A stretch of DNA of 7,834 bases from Paraspadella gotoi (lineage: Eukaryota; Animalia; Chaetognatha), in contig JBJCIZ010000938.1 in assembly GCA_051294375.1 (NCBI GenBank), positions 1 to 7,834 of the forward strand. The letters are read 5' to 3'. This document shows positions 7,689 through 7,834 of this stretch, one piece after another. Numbering within the stretch: position 1 is the first letter of the stretch; each line of letters starts with the position of its first letter. A model generated the notes under the pieces. That model saw nothing but the letters and a program-made list of their open reading frames with translations. It had not been told where the DNA came from and made no database searches. Position numbers and translations under genes: made by a program.

Positions 7689-7832
7689 TTAGTTCTTCTC
7701 TCGATCGGAACCCAAGAAGGACGCTGAGGATAGTTTGTAATCTCTGCCGCTTATGGCATTGTCTTCCACCTTGTTGATTGCCTCTCGAACTATATTAACC
7801 TTACTGTACATATTTATTAGTCTTTTGAGGCT
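7689..7832 (-). other. Possible C-terminal tail of a retrotransposon ORF entering from the window edge
   Basis: Frame open from the window end: SLKRLINMYSKVNIVREAINKVEDNAISGRDYKLSSASFLGSDREKN*, stopping ~150 bp before the LTR. No recognisable domain. Confidence 0.25.
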
Positions 7833-7834
7833 GA

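Overview
AT-rich, apparently non-genic eukaryotic DNA (invertebrate/insect-like; inference) made up mostly of nested transposon debris. No intact protein-coding gene is supported, and all seven supplied ORFs look spurious. From left to right: (1) decayed coding-like remnants at ~200-410 (+) and ~1313-1780 (-); (2) a ~160-bp module at 794-958 that recurs inverted at 6334-6486; (3) a near-perfect palindrome centred at 1937/1938 made of two back-to-back hammerhead-ribozyme cores, as in Penelope-like retroelements, with the + copy foldable as a minimal type I hammerhead; (4) a probable solo LTR at 2167-2988; (5) four consecutive degenerate fold-back (MITE-like) elements between ~3100 and ~6100, the first with TTAA|GGG-type ends; (6) a ~455-bp (GA)n satellite with a six-copy higher-order unit; (7) the 3' end of a minus-strand LTR retrotransposon, with a 494-bp LTR at 7044-7537 preceded by a G-rich tract that matches a four-tier G-quadruplex pattern. 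All alignments were done by eye, so boundaries of the degenerate repeats are approximate.
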